Shown one piece after another: positions 17,575 through 26,605 of a stretch of DNA of 64,000 nt (the stretch's first letter is position 1; each line of letters starts with the position of its first letter). The notes under the pieces are model-generated. The model searched no databases and had not been told where the DNA came from. It worked only from the letters and a program-made list of their open reading frames with translations. The position numbers and the translations under genes were made by a program. This DNA comes from Oscillospiraceae bacterium (GTDB lineage Bacteria; Bacillota; Clostridia; Oscillospirales; SIG627): NCBI GenBank assembly GCA_034925865.1, contig JAYFRN010000030.1, positions 1,797 to 65,796 of the forward strand, given 5' to 3'.

Positions 17575-17603
17575 TTGATTAATATTGAATTTGATGTTAT
17601 AAT
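17575..17603 (+). promoter_or_regulatory. Sigma-70-type promoter with extended -10
   Basis: TTGATT (17575-17580), 17-nt spacer, TGT-TATAAT (TG at 17595-17596, TATAAT at 17598-17603). Confidence 0.65.
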
Positions 17604-17672
17604 ATAATGTAATCGGGTAATAACCCCGTTTGCATCAAGATTTTGACGCCTACTTCAAGGAGGAAGCTTTCC

Positions 17673-19406
17673 ATGAAAAGAATTACTGCGTTATTGCTCC
17701 TCACAGCAATGTTTGTGGCAGTACTCGCCGGATGCGGCTATGACCCTGAGGACACCGGTTCCATTATCCCGCTGTATCTCGGCGCCGAACAAAGAAATTT
17801 CGATCCCACGCTCACGCTTTACGATAAGGATACCGTAAAATATCTTGAACTTATAAATGAAGGTCTCACCGTGGTCGGAGAAGACGGAACCATTTCAAAA
17901 GGTCTCGCGAAGAATTGGTATACCAAATTCGACGAAAAACGCGGTGAATATTACCTTTATATCGAGCTTTATCCGTCTAAATGGAATGACGGCCGCTCGC
18001 TTATTGCCGATCATATCGTATACGCATGGAAGCGTCTCCTTTCACCTGAAACCAAATCGCCCGCTGCCGCTCTGCTTTATGACATAAAAAATGCCAAAGC
18101 GGTAAAGGCCGGAGATATGTCGATAGATTCAGTCGGCATCGCTTCTGTCGACAACTTACTTATCGAAATTCAGTTTGAGAAAAAGATTGATGTCAATCTC
18201 TTCCTTGAGGCTATCGCCAGCCCGTCGCTTGTCCCGATACGTGACGATGTTGTCGTCGGAGCCAACGCGGCTACCTGGGCCACCACACTTGAAGAGCTTG
18301 CCACCAACGGACAGTTTACTATCAAGGATATGACCCAAAAGACCTCCTGCGTAATTGAAAAGGCGACAGCATATCGTGAGAACGATGAAGAAGATGTCAG
18401 CCCGATCAAATATGTTAAGCCGCTTCGTCTTCTCATAGATTTTACAAAGCCTATCAGCAAACAGATTGATATGCTTAAAGCAGGCGAAATATATTATGTA
18501 GGCGGGCTTGATAAAGCTGCATATACCGCAAACGCCTCATCGGCGAAAACACAGGCTATGCTTTCCGTTATGACGGTTTTCTTTAACTGCACAAAGCCCG
18601 CGCTTGCCAAGGAAGAGGCTAGACAGGCATTGAGCACCGCTCTTGACAGAAATCAAATCGCAGATATCGTGGGCGCTCCGAATAAGCCGGCAACCGGATT
18701 TGTAACGCCCGGAATTTTTGACTCAACTATGAAAACCTCCTTCAGAAGTGTCGGAGGAGACATCATCTCCACCAATGCCGATGTAGCAAAAGCAAAATCG
18801 CTTGCTTCATCCGGCGGACTTAAAGGCACCCTGACTCTTGCATGCAAAATAGGCGAAGTAAACAAAGCGGTCGCCGATTATTGTGTATCCGCATGGAAAG
18901 AGCTTGGCGTTACCGTTACAGTAAATGCAATGACGGATAAAGATTATACCGCCGCTCTTTATTCCGGCAATTTCGATATGATTCTTCTTGATTATCAGGG
19001 ACTTTCTACGAGCGCATATTCCTTCCTCGCTCCGTTTGCAACTCGTTATTCCGGCGAGCCGGTTTCCGTTGAAGACAACAGTAAAGGATACACACCGAGC
19101 GTCACAGGATTTGAAAATGCCGAATATGACGCGGCTATCGATGCCGTCCTCGCCGCTACAACCCGCGCTGACAGGGCTTCGCTTTTACATACAGCTGAGG
19201 GTTTGTTTGTAAAATATATGCCAGCCGCTCCGCTCGTATTCTATTATGATTCGTATCTTGTTTCATCTGAGCTTACCGGATTGAAGAATTCCGCCTTCGG
19301 CACCCGCATTTTCAAGGATGCTGTCCTTAAAAATTATAAGGACAAGAACGCGGCATATCTCGCAAAAAAGGATGCGAAAGATAAAGAGAATACAAAGTCT
19401 GCCTGA
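17673..19406 (+). CDS. ABC transporter substrate-binding lipoprotein, family 5 (peptide/nickel, OppA-like)
   Basis: Start at MKRITALLLLTAMFVAVLAGC (lipobox LAGC). About 577 aa, a size and composition typical of family-5 binding proteins. No permease or ATPase genes are adjacent. Confidence 0.75.
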   Translation: MKRITALLLLTAMFVAVLAGCGYDPEDTGSIIPLYLGAEQRNFDPTLTLYDKDTVKYLELINEGLTVVGEDGTISKGLAKNWYTKFDEKRGEYYLYIELYPSKWNDGRSLIADHIVYAWKRLLSPETKSPAAALLYDIKNAKAVKAGDMSIDSVGIASVDNLLIEIQFEKKIDVNLFLEAIASPSLVPIRDDVVVGANAATWATTLEELATNGQFTIKDMTQKTSCVIEKATAYRENDEEDVSPIKYVKPLRLLIDFTKPISKQIDMLKAGEIYYVGGLDKAAYTANASSAKTQAMLSVMTVFFNCTKPALAKEEARQALSTALDRNQIADIVGAPNKPATGFVTPGIFDSTMKTSFRSVGGDIISTNADVAKAKSLASSGGLKGTLTLACKIGEVNKAVADYCVSAWKELGVTVTVNAMTDKDYTAALYSGNFDMILLDYQGLSTSAYSFLAPFATRYSGEPVSVEDNSKGYTPSVTGFENAEYDAAIDAVLAATTRADRASLLHTAEGLFVKYMPAAPLVFYYDSYLVSSELTGLKNSAFGTRIFKDAVLKNYKDKNAAYLAKKDAKDKENTKSA

Positions 19407-19425
19407 AAACGATTACAAAAGTTCA

Positions 19426-19460
19426 CGGGAGAGAACCGCTTTCGGTTCTCTCCCGTTTTT
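19426..19460 (+). terminator. Rho-independent terminator
   Basis: CGGGAGAGAACCG-CTTT-CGGTTCTCTCCCG followed by TTTTT. Confidence 0.9.
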
Positions 19461-19468
19461 AAAGAATT

Positions 19469-19582
19469 CCTTGTCATTAAAACGGCAATATAATAATCCT
19501 TGTCTTATTAAGAGATAAAAGCCCATATATCAAATCCTTTCCTCTCTTTAAGCGGTGATTATTTAATTGCCGCGTTAATAAT
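19469..19582 (-). repeat. Family-2 AT-rich MITE-like element, copy in reverse orientation
   Basis: The reverse complement aligns end to end with 58203-58310 and 36061-36168. Terminal inverted repeats: ATTATTTAATTGCCGCGTTAATAAT (19558-19582) and CATTAAAACGGCAATATAATAAT (19474-19496, within the 19469-19499 end segment). Confidence 0.8.
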
Positions 19583-19703
19583 AAAAAGGATTGAAAGATA
19601 AACCTAAAAATGGGCAATATTTGCCTTTGCGGTTTAACAGCTCATTTCGGTAAGCCAAAACCGAAAAAGTTTACGGTTCGGCGGAAAGGTATGGATCATA
19701 TAC

Positions 19704-21059
19704 ATGAAAAATTTTGATCTGGTAAAAAAAGAAATTTCAGAAGCGGCGGACAGAAACGCCGCATATATACTGGAAAAAGCAGAAGATATTCTGAAAACCC
19801 CGGAGCTAGGATACAAGGAATTCAGGACATCGGAATATGTCAGACGGGAATTCAATTCTTTCGGCGCGCTGGAAAAAGCGCAGGTCGCGTACACCGGAGT
19901 GCGCGGAAGCATAGGAGATTCTTCGCCCGACGCGTTGAATATTTGCGTGATGGGTGAGCTTGACGCCGTCGTATGCCCGACTCATCCTTTTGCCGATAAA
20001 ACCACAGGCGCCGCGCACGCTTGCGGCCATAACGGACAGATCGCCGTGATGCTCGGCGTCATGAGGATTCTGCGCGAATGCGGATTAGACAGGATCAGAG
20101 GAGTGCGCTTCACATTTCTCGCAGTCCCCGCGGAGGAAATGATCGACATAGATTACCGCCGCTCGTTAATTGCTGAAGGCAAAATTAAATATCTGTCCGG
20201 TAAGCAGCAGCTTATATATGAGCGTGAATTTGACAACTGCGATATATGTATGATGATCCATTCACAGCCCGGAGAGGAAACAGCCGCGTCGTATATCGGA
20301 GGCTCGAGCTTGGGCTTCGTGATGAAGACGATTACCTTCAAAGGAAAAGCGGCTCATGCGGGAGCGGCGCCTTATGAGGGAATCAACGCGTTGAACGCGG
20401 CAATGCTTTCAATGATGAATATGCACGCCGCGCGTGAAACTTTCCGCGACGAGGATAAGGTCAGGATTCATCCGATAATAGTAAAGGGCGGCGACGCAGC
20501 AAATATCGTGCCAGATAATGTTATTATGGAAAACACGGTAAGAGCGTACAATATGTCGGCGCTTGCCGACGCGGATGAAAAAGCCACGCTTGCCGTGCTC
20601 GGCGCGTGTATCGCAACAAGAGCGTCCGCCACGGTTGTCAGTACGCCCGGATATCTGCCGTTAAGGCAGGACAAGCTTCTATCGGAACGCTTCTATGAGC
20701 TTTCAAAGCAATTTATACCGCAATCCTCGCTGTATATGGGACGCGACATGATAGGCTCTTCGGATATAGGAGACGTCGGCCATTTGATACCGACGATTCA
20801 GCCCACAATGGGCGGTGTGACCGGTTCTGCTCATACCAACACCTTTTGCCTTTCTGACAAGACGGCATCCCTGATTATCCCTGCGAAAATTCTCGCCCAG
20901 CTCTGCGCAGAGCTGGTTTATGACGACTGCCGGCTAGCGGCGCGGGTTAAATCGGAATTTGTCCCAGTTTATACGAGAGAAGAATATATTGCTTATCTCG
21001 ACGGATTGTTTTATACGAAAAAGCTTAATATACCGCAAGTTACAATAAAAGATATCTGA
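19704..21059 (+). CDS. M20-family amidohydrolase/peptidase
   Basis: 451 aa with the metal-ligand region AAHACGHNGQIA and overall M20D-like layout. Confidence 0.7.
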   Translation: MKNFDLVKKEISEAADRNAAYILEKAEDILKTPELGYKEFRTSEYVRREFNSFGALEKAQVAYTGVRGSIGDSSPDALNICVMGELDAVVCPTHPFADKTTGAAHACGHNGQIAVMLGVMRILRECGLDRIRGVRFTFLAVPAEEMIDIDYRRSLIAEGKIKYLSGKQQLIYEREFDNCDICMMIHSQPGEETAASYIGGSSLGFVMKTITFKGKAAHAGAAPYEGINALNAAMLSMMNMHAARETFRDEDKVRIHPIIVKGGDAANIVPDNVIMENTVRAYNMSALADADEKATLAVLGACIATRASATVVSTPGYLPLRQDKLLSERFYELSKQFIPQSSLYMGRDMIGSSDIGDVGHLIPTIQPTMGGVTGSAHTNTFCLSDKTASLIIPAKILAQLCAELVYDDCRLAARVKSEFVPVYTREEYIAYLDGLFYTKKLNIPQVTIKDI

Positions 21060-21074
21060 TCGGAGTTTATATAA

Positions 21075-21671
21075 ATGGAGACTCTCTCTGCCGCAGAAAA
21101 GCAGATCAAGCTTGATTCGCTTAAGGAAGCATGCGGAAAATGCAAACGCTGCCCGCTTGGTGAAACGCGTATTAATCTTGTATTCGGAAAAGGCTCGCCG
21201 GAATCAAAACTGATGTTCATCGGCGAAGCTCCGGGTGAAAAGGAGGATCTTTCGGGTATCCCGTTTGTCGGCGCCGCCGGAAAGCTTCTCGACAAATACC
21301 TTGCTTTTATAGGGCTTGAAGCTGATGATGTATACATAGCCAACATATTGAAATGCCGCCCTCCGCATAACCGCGATCCGCTGCCCGCGGAGGAGGACGA
21401 ATGCATCGGGTATCTTCGCGAACAGGTTGCGATTATCCGCCCGAAGCTGATTGTCTGCCTCGGACGCATAGCTGCCATGCGGATAATAAAGCCCGATTTT
21501 AAAATAACCTCGGAGCACGGAAAGTGGTTTAAAAAAGGAGACTGCCTTATAACGGCGGTCTATCATCCGGCGGCGCTTCTCCGCGACCCGCGGAAAAAAG
21601 GGGAAATGCTCGACGACTTCAAGGATATTGAAAAAATATTGAAAGAAGAAAATCATTCTGACTCTATATAG
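21075..21671 (+). CDS. Uracil-DNA glycosylase, family 4
   Basis: 198 aa with CKRCPL, GEAPGEKEDLSGIPFVGAAGKLL and HPAALLR motifs. Confidence 0.88.
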   Translation: METLSAAEKQIKLDSLKEACGKCKRCPLGETRINLVFGKGSPESKLMFIGEAPGEKEDLSGIPFVGAAGKLLDKYLAFIGLEADDVYIANILKCRPPHNRDPLPAEEDECIGYLREQVAIIRPKLIVCLGRIAAMRIIKPDFKITSEHGKWFKKGDCLITAVYHPAALLRDPRKKGEMLDDFKDIEKILKEENHSDSI

Positions 21672-21736
21672 TAAAAATTCCGAATTAGTTACGGTATAGA
21701 TATGATTATATTATACCGACTTTAAACGGAGCAGTC

Positions 21737-22285
21737 ATGAAAAAGAAAATCGTTCTGATCATAATTCGTTCGGTAATTTTCATTCTTGCGACATTGATGA
21801 TTGTTGTATTAATTCTGACGCATATCCCGCGTAGCTGGAGCGGAGAGTGCGGTCTTTCTCCGGCAACGGATGCGGATCATTACAGCAAAGAAGCTGCGGA
21901 ATTTATCGGGCTGATATTATGTAAATATGATATCAAATACCGCAGAGTGCTTTTCAATACGGTAAAAATTAATATGAAAATTGATCTTGCGGATATATCG
22001 CTGGATGAATCATATGAATATCGAGATCCGATAACTCCCATATCTAAAATATCAGATGAAATAAAATATATCGGATCGTACAAACCCGGATACGAAAACA
22101 TAGCACATAACATTTCATGCGAAAAAACGTATGAAACGGAATCCGGCAGGCTTGTCATTGAGAATATTCGGGTCGAGTATGGACCTGATAACGAAAAACT
22201 GCAGTTGCAAATCAAAGGAAAGCTGTATTCCGACGATGTGATATACCATACATTCAATATTAAATATATAATGTCTACTGAATAA
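21737..22285 (+). CDS. Hypothetical membrane-anchored protein
   Basis: 182 aa with an N-terminal TM anchor (KKKIVLIIIRSVIFILATLMIVVLILTHI). No recognisable motif. Confidence 0.55.
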   Translation: MKKKIVLIIIRSVIFILATLMIVVLILTHIPRSWSGECGLSPATDADHYSKEAAEFIGLILCKYDIKYRRVLFNTVKINMKIDLADISLDESYEYRDPITPISKISDEIKYIGSYKPGYENIAHNISCEKTYETESGRLVIENIRVEYGPDNEKLQLQIKGKLYSDDVIYHTFNIKYIMSTE

Positions 22286-22365
22286 TTGCCATTTTCGAAC
22301 GCAAATCATTGATTTTGGAGTTAAGTATCCATTGATTGCCGCCTGGGCAGATATTATAAAGCTCC

Positions 22366-22515
22366 GGGGCTTAGCCCACTTTGCTACGCTCTCCGATTAA
22401 GAGCCCATTTGAAAAATGGCTCTTAAGAATCCCAGGAAACTTCCATGTAGGAATTTTATGTTGGTATACCTAATATTAGAGTTTCTTGCCAGGCTTCTTT
22501 TCAAAGAAGCTGCGC
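22366..22515 (-). repeat. Family-1 composite element (core + variable linker + stem-loops), inverted copy
   Basis: The minus strand reads GGATGCGCAGCTTCTTTGAAAAGAAGCCTGGCAAGAAAC ... TTCCTGGGATTCTTAAGAGCCATTTTTCAAATGGGCTCTTAATCGG ... GGGCTAAGCCC. This has the same architecture as 14583-14706. Confidence 0.85.
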
Positions 22516-22535
22516 ATCCTTTTTTATAATTTTCC

Positions 22536-22568
22536 GCGGCTTTCACATCGCGAAAGCCGCATTTTTTT
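22536..22568 (+). terminator. Rho-independent terminator
   Basis: GCGGCTTTC-ACATCGC-GAAAGCCGC followed by ATTTTTTT. Confidence 0.9.
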
Positions 22569-22658
22569 CATTTTGACAGAAATTCATATATACAAGAAAG
22601 CGGATTTGTGTTATAATAAGTCTGTATAAATGTAAGAAAGGGCTTCTTTAGCTATAAA

Positions 22659-23438
22659 ATGACAGAGGAAACCTCCGATATAGTTGTCGGGCGCAATGCT
22701 TTGCGCGAATTGCTGAAATCCGGAAGACAGATTGACAAGCTGCTAATTCAGTCCGGTACGCGTGAAGGCTCGGTTATCGAGCTGATTGCGAAAGCAAAAG
22801 ATAGAAAGATACCTGTAACAGAGGTGTCAAAATCAAAGCTTGATGAGATCTGCGTACGGGCCGGCTGTGCGGCAAATTCACATCAGGGAGTCGCCGCATA
22901 TACCGCCGTAATAGAATATGCTTCGCTTGACGACCTTTTTGCCGAGGCGGAAACGCGTGGAGAAAAGCCGTTTTTTATAATGGCCGACAGAATTTCAGAT
23001 CCTCACAATCTCGGAGCATTAATACGTTGCTGTGAAGGAGCGGGGGCGCATGGAATTATCATACCTAAACGCGGGGCGACAGGCGTCGGAGCCGCTGTTA
23101 TGAAATCTTCCGCCGGTGCCGCCGAATATTTAAAAATATGCCGCGTCACAAACCTTGCGGAAACCGCTGAAACGCTTAAAAAGCGTGGTGTATGGCTTTT
23201 TGCGTGCGAATCCGGAGGGAAAAAATATTGCGAAGCCGATTACGATCTTCCGCTCTGTCTGATCCTCGGAAGTGAGGGAGAGGGAGTGTCGCGCCTTTTA
23301 CGTGACAAGAGCGATTTTGTTATTTCAATTCCCATGCGCGGCGCCGTTAATTCTCTGAATGTTTCCTGCGCCGGTGCTGTGTTCATGTATGAGGCGTTAA
23401 GAAACAGACAAATCTGTGCGGCTTCCTCGGACACATAA
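22659..23438 (+). CDS. rlmB: 23S rRNA (guanosine-2'-O)-methyltransferase, SpoU/TrmH family (RlmB-like)
   Basis: 259 aa with an N-terminal substrate-binding domain plus SPOUT motifs (DPHNLGALIRC, LILGSEGEGVS, IPMRGAVNSLNVS). Confidence 0.85.
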   Translation: MTEETSDIVVGRNALRELLKSGRQIDKLLIQSGTREGSVIELIAKAKDRKIPVTEVSKSKLDEICVRAGCAANSHQGVAAYTAVIEYASLDDLFAEAETRGEKPFFIMADRISDPHNLGALIRCCEGAGAHGIIIPKRGATGVGAAVMKSSAGAAEYLKICRVTNLAETAETLKKRGVWLFACESGGKKYCEADYDLPLCLILGSEGEGVSRLLRDKSDFVISIPMRGAVNSLNVSCAGAVFMYEALRNRQICAASSDT

Positions 23439-23607
23439 TTAATCATTCATTTTTGAATAAAGCGACAGAACAGAATATAACGATAAACTTCCGAAAATGA
23501 AAAACGATCATTTAAGACGGACGTTCAAAACACAAGGAGGAAACGGATTCGTGCGAATGCAATGCATGTACGATACTTATGCGTTACGCAACGGTTCCGG
23601 CTGAAGA

Positions 23608-26121
23608 ATGGCCACAGTATATAAAATAGTACGTAAAAAACTGAAATCTTCACCAACACCGGCATCTGCAAAGGCTGCCGAAGCCGATAAATTTGACACA
23701 AAGTCATTTACTCCGGCAACGAGTGCCGACACAATAAAAAAAGAACTCCTCGGAATCCTCGGAACGTCGAAGGCGCCGTCTTCTTCTCCGTCCGGCTCTT
23801 CCATTCCTTCTTCCGACGCGACAACGGTGTTTAAGCCGGTATCTGATGTAAAAGATAAATCGGCGGATAATACGAAAAAGCCCGAAGAAAAGCCTATAAG
23901 CCGCAGCAAGAATTCTCCGCTGGAGTCTTATGTCGGTTCAGATCCGAAGACGAATAAACTGAAAAGTTCGGTGGGCCAGAAAGTCAATGAGATTTACGGC
24001 GCATCCAAATCCGATGCGGCGGTAAATGAAAAAGCAAATGAAGAAGATGAAAGCTCCGACGAGGCTGACAGAATTCTTCGCAGCGTTTTCGGCGGTGAAT
24101 ACGAACCGAAAAAGAAAAAAGATAAAAATAATAAAACTTCCGATATTCTGTCCGCTGTAAAACGAGCAGAAGAAAGCAAGCCCGGTCCGGAGCAAATGCC
24201 GCGTCCCGCAGATGCGGCGGCAAAAGCTGTGCCGGATATATCGGAGATAAAAGCCGCTAAGCCCGACACGGACAGCGCGGATAAGACAGACAATAATATT
24301 GAAAAAGCGAAGATTATATCCGAACCGGCTTCCGAGGAAAAAGTAAACGAGACAATCGAAGACGACTCGGATTATGACGATGCTGATGAGGATACAAGAG
24401 AAAAAGAACCGATAGATGAATTCACTGCTCCGGAGCAGTATGACGAGCTTTCGGAAACATTGAAATCACGCGGAAGCAAGATGCTTCTCGCTTCTCTCTG
24501 GACTCTGCTGACGACTTTGGGATTGATATATCTTGAATCCGCCTGCTTTACCGACATATATCACCCGATATTCCTGATGCCGGGGAAATTCGGAATTGTA
24601 TTTTTACTTATCGATCTCCAGTTATTATTTATCAGCGCTTTGTTTATACTCGGCAACCTCGCTGACGGCGTAAAAGCCCTTTTTAAAGGGAAAGCAAATT
24701 TTAACAGCGTCACTTTTGCGATTATGCTTACGTGCGTCATAAATGTCATTTCAAACATGATATTTAAAGCTTCATCAAATGACCTTATGCTCTATTCGAC
24801 TATAGGTTCGCTTGCCGCGTTCTGCAATGCGTTATGCAGCACATTTGAAGCGAAGCGTGTATATGGGGCATTTCGTATAGTGTCAGCAAAAAAGCAAAAA
24901 TATATCGCAAAGCGCCTTCCGCCTGACTGCGCCACCGGAAAGACTTTTTCTGAATATCTGCCCGAAAATCCAGATATATTTTCAATAGAAAAAACAGATT
25001 TCGTAGACGGATTCTTTAAAAATCTCAAGGCTTATCCCCAGTCGGATTCAGCATTCAAGATCAGCGTTCCTTTCTCCCTGATTGCCGGACTGATATTTGC
25101 CGTCGTCACATTTATTACAAGGAAGTCGGTTCCGATCGCGATAGATAATTTTACTTTGATGGTTCTGATGGCGCTGCCGCTCGGAGCTGTGTTTGTATCG
25201 GTATTCCCGATTTGTGCTCTTTCCAAACGCGCCGTTAAAACAGAAACCGCTTTAATCGGGCTTGATTCAGTCGAAAAATACTGCAATACCGCCGCGGTAG
25301 CGTTCAATGACAGCGAAGTATTCCCGTCAAAGGGGATAAAAGTTACTATAGTAAGGGCATACGGCAGTCATCGCATCGATAAGACGATTTTGTACGCCGC
25401 GAAAATATTTAAAAAGATCGGCGGTCCGCTTGCTACTGTATTTGAGAATTCCGTGTCGAGCATCGGCGGCGAAATTACCACCGATATAGAAATACTTGAA
25501 ATATCGCCCGACGGCATATGCGCGAAGATAGACGGCCAGGAGGTCTTTATCGGAAACAAGGAATATATGCTTTCGTATGATTTCGGATATATAAAGGATC
25601 AGATAGATCAGGTATTCGAAAACTCGGTCGGACGCATAATGTATATGGCGATAGAGGACGAAATCGCGGCGAAATTCTATATTCGTTATGCGATAAGCAC
25701 CGGGTTTGAAAAGCTTTTGCGTCAGCTTGGATCAGTCGGAATTTGCGCCTCTATACGCAGCTGCGATCCGAATATAGATAACGAGCTTTTAAAGCATCTC
25801 TTGAAAAAGGGAGATTATCCGGTCGGCATATTAAAAACCCCGGAAGCCGCAAAAACCCATCCTGTTTCACCCAGAGAGGACAGCGGCATTGTTTGCACCT
25901 CTACAACAGCAAATATGCTTCGCGGCTTCATCCTCGCGGATAAGATCAAGCAGAGGATAAGCGCGAATACTCTCGTGAAATTCATTTCATTATTACTCGG
26001 CGTATTCATGGTTGTATTCCTATACATAACGGGATTTTCGGACAAGCTAGACACATTCAGGATGCTTTTGTATCACGGGCTGTGGCTGCTTCCAATAATA
26101 ATTCCGTCGCTTGTGGAATGA
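23608..26121 (+). CDS. Membrane protein with a degenerate P1B-type ATPase scaffold and a disordered N-terminal region
   Basis: 837 aa. The first ~290 aa are K/E/S/A/D-rich low complexity. The remainder follows heavy-metal P-type ATPase order, but the motifs are replaced: CPC becomes LPL (25174-25182), DKTGT becomes NDSEV (25306-25320), TGDN becomes SCDP (25759-25770), and there is no TGES or GDGxNDxP. Confidence 0.7.
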   Translation: MATVYKIVRKKLKSSPTPASAKAAEADKFDTKSFTPATSADTIKKELLGILGTSKAPSSSPSGSSIPSSDATTVFKPVSDVKDKSADNTKKPEEKPISRSKNSPLESYVGSDPKTNKLKSSVGQKVNEIYGASKSDAAVNEKANEEDESSDEADRILRSVFGGEYEPKKKKDKNNKTSDILSAVKRAEESKPGPEQMPRPADAAAKAVPDISEIKAAKPDTDSADKTDNNIEKAKIISEPASEEKVNETIEDDSDYDDADEDTREKEPIDEFTAPEQYDELSETLKSRGSKMLLASLWTLLTTLGLIYLESACFTDIYHPIFLMPGKFGIVFLLIDLQLLFISALFILGNLADGVKALFKGKANFNSVTFAIMLTCVINVISNMIFKASSNDLMLYSTIGSLAAFCNALCSTFEAKRVYGAFRIVSAKKQKYIAKRLPPDCATGKTFSEYLPENPDIFSIEKTDFVDGFFKNLKAYPQSDSAFKISVPFSLIAGLIFAVVTFITRKSVPIAIDNFTLMVLMALPLGAVFVSVFPICALSKRAVKTETALIGLDSVEKYCNTAAVAFNDSEVFPSKGIKVTIVRAYGSHRIDKTILYAAKIFKKIGGPLATVFENSVSSIGGEITTDIEILEISPDGICAKIDGQEVFIGNKEYMLSYDFGYIKDQIDQVFENSVGRIMYMAIEDEIAAKFYIRYAISTGFEKLLRQLGSVGICASIRSCDPNIDNELLKHLLKKGDYPVGILKTPEAAKTHPVSPREDSGIVCTSTTANMLRGFILADKIKQRISANTLVKFISLLLGVFMVVFLYITGFSDKLDTFRMLLYHGLWLLPIIIPSLVE

Positions 26122-26383
26122 TGTCCGCCGTTAAATAGCAGATAATTGAGGCGAAGCAGCCGTATGTTGCTTCGCCGACACATTTATATTTATATATTTC
26201 GGCAGCTGCCGAAACGCGATAAGAATATAGGGTATTAAATTATTAACAGGTCTAATAACTAAAAATTACAACAAAATTAAAAGCAGATATTGTTGTTGTT
26301 GCACAATCGATTTGAATACGATGATTCGAAAATTCGAGTTTTTTAGAGGCTGCCTAACTATACTTATACAACGGAGATGCAAT

Positions 26384-26590
26384 ATGGATATGCGAAAGAA
26401 CGCGAATCTTATCGATGAATACGACAAGACCTGTCGTATGTGCGAGTATTCATCGCCTCTTTCCGACGGTATGCAGCTCTGCGATTATCACGGAGTCGTT
26501 TCTCCGTATTATAAATGCGCGAGGTTTTACTTTGATCTGACGAAGATCGAAATTTCACCAAAAAGGCTTGCGCAAAGCGAATCCGAATAG
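26384..26590 (+). CDS. Small Cys-rich protein (possible zinc-ribbon), unknown function
   Basis: 68 aa from ATG 26384 (GGAG 7 nt upstream). Contains CRMCEY ... CDYHG ... YKCARF. Lies 15 nt upstream of iorA. Confidence 0.5.
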   Translation: MDMRKNANLIDEYDKTCRMCEYSSPLSDGMQLCDYHGVVSPYYKCARFYFDLTKIEISPKRLAQSESE

Positions 26591-26605
26591 GTTAAGCGCG
26601 AAACA

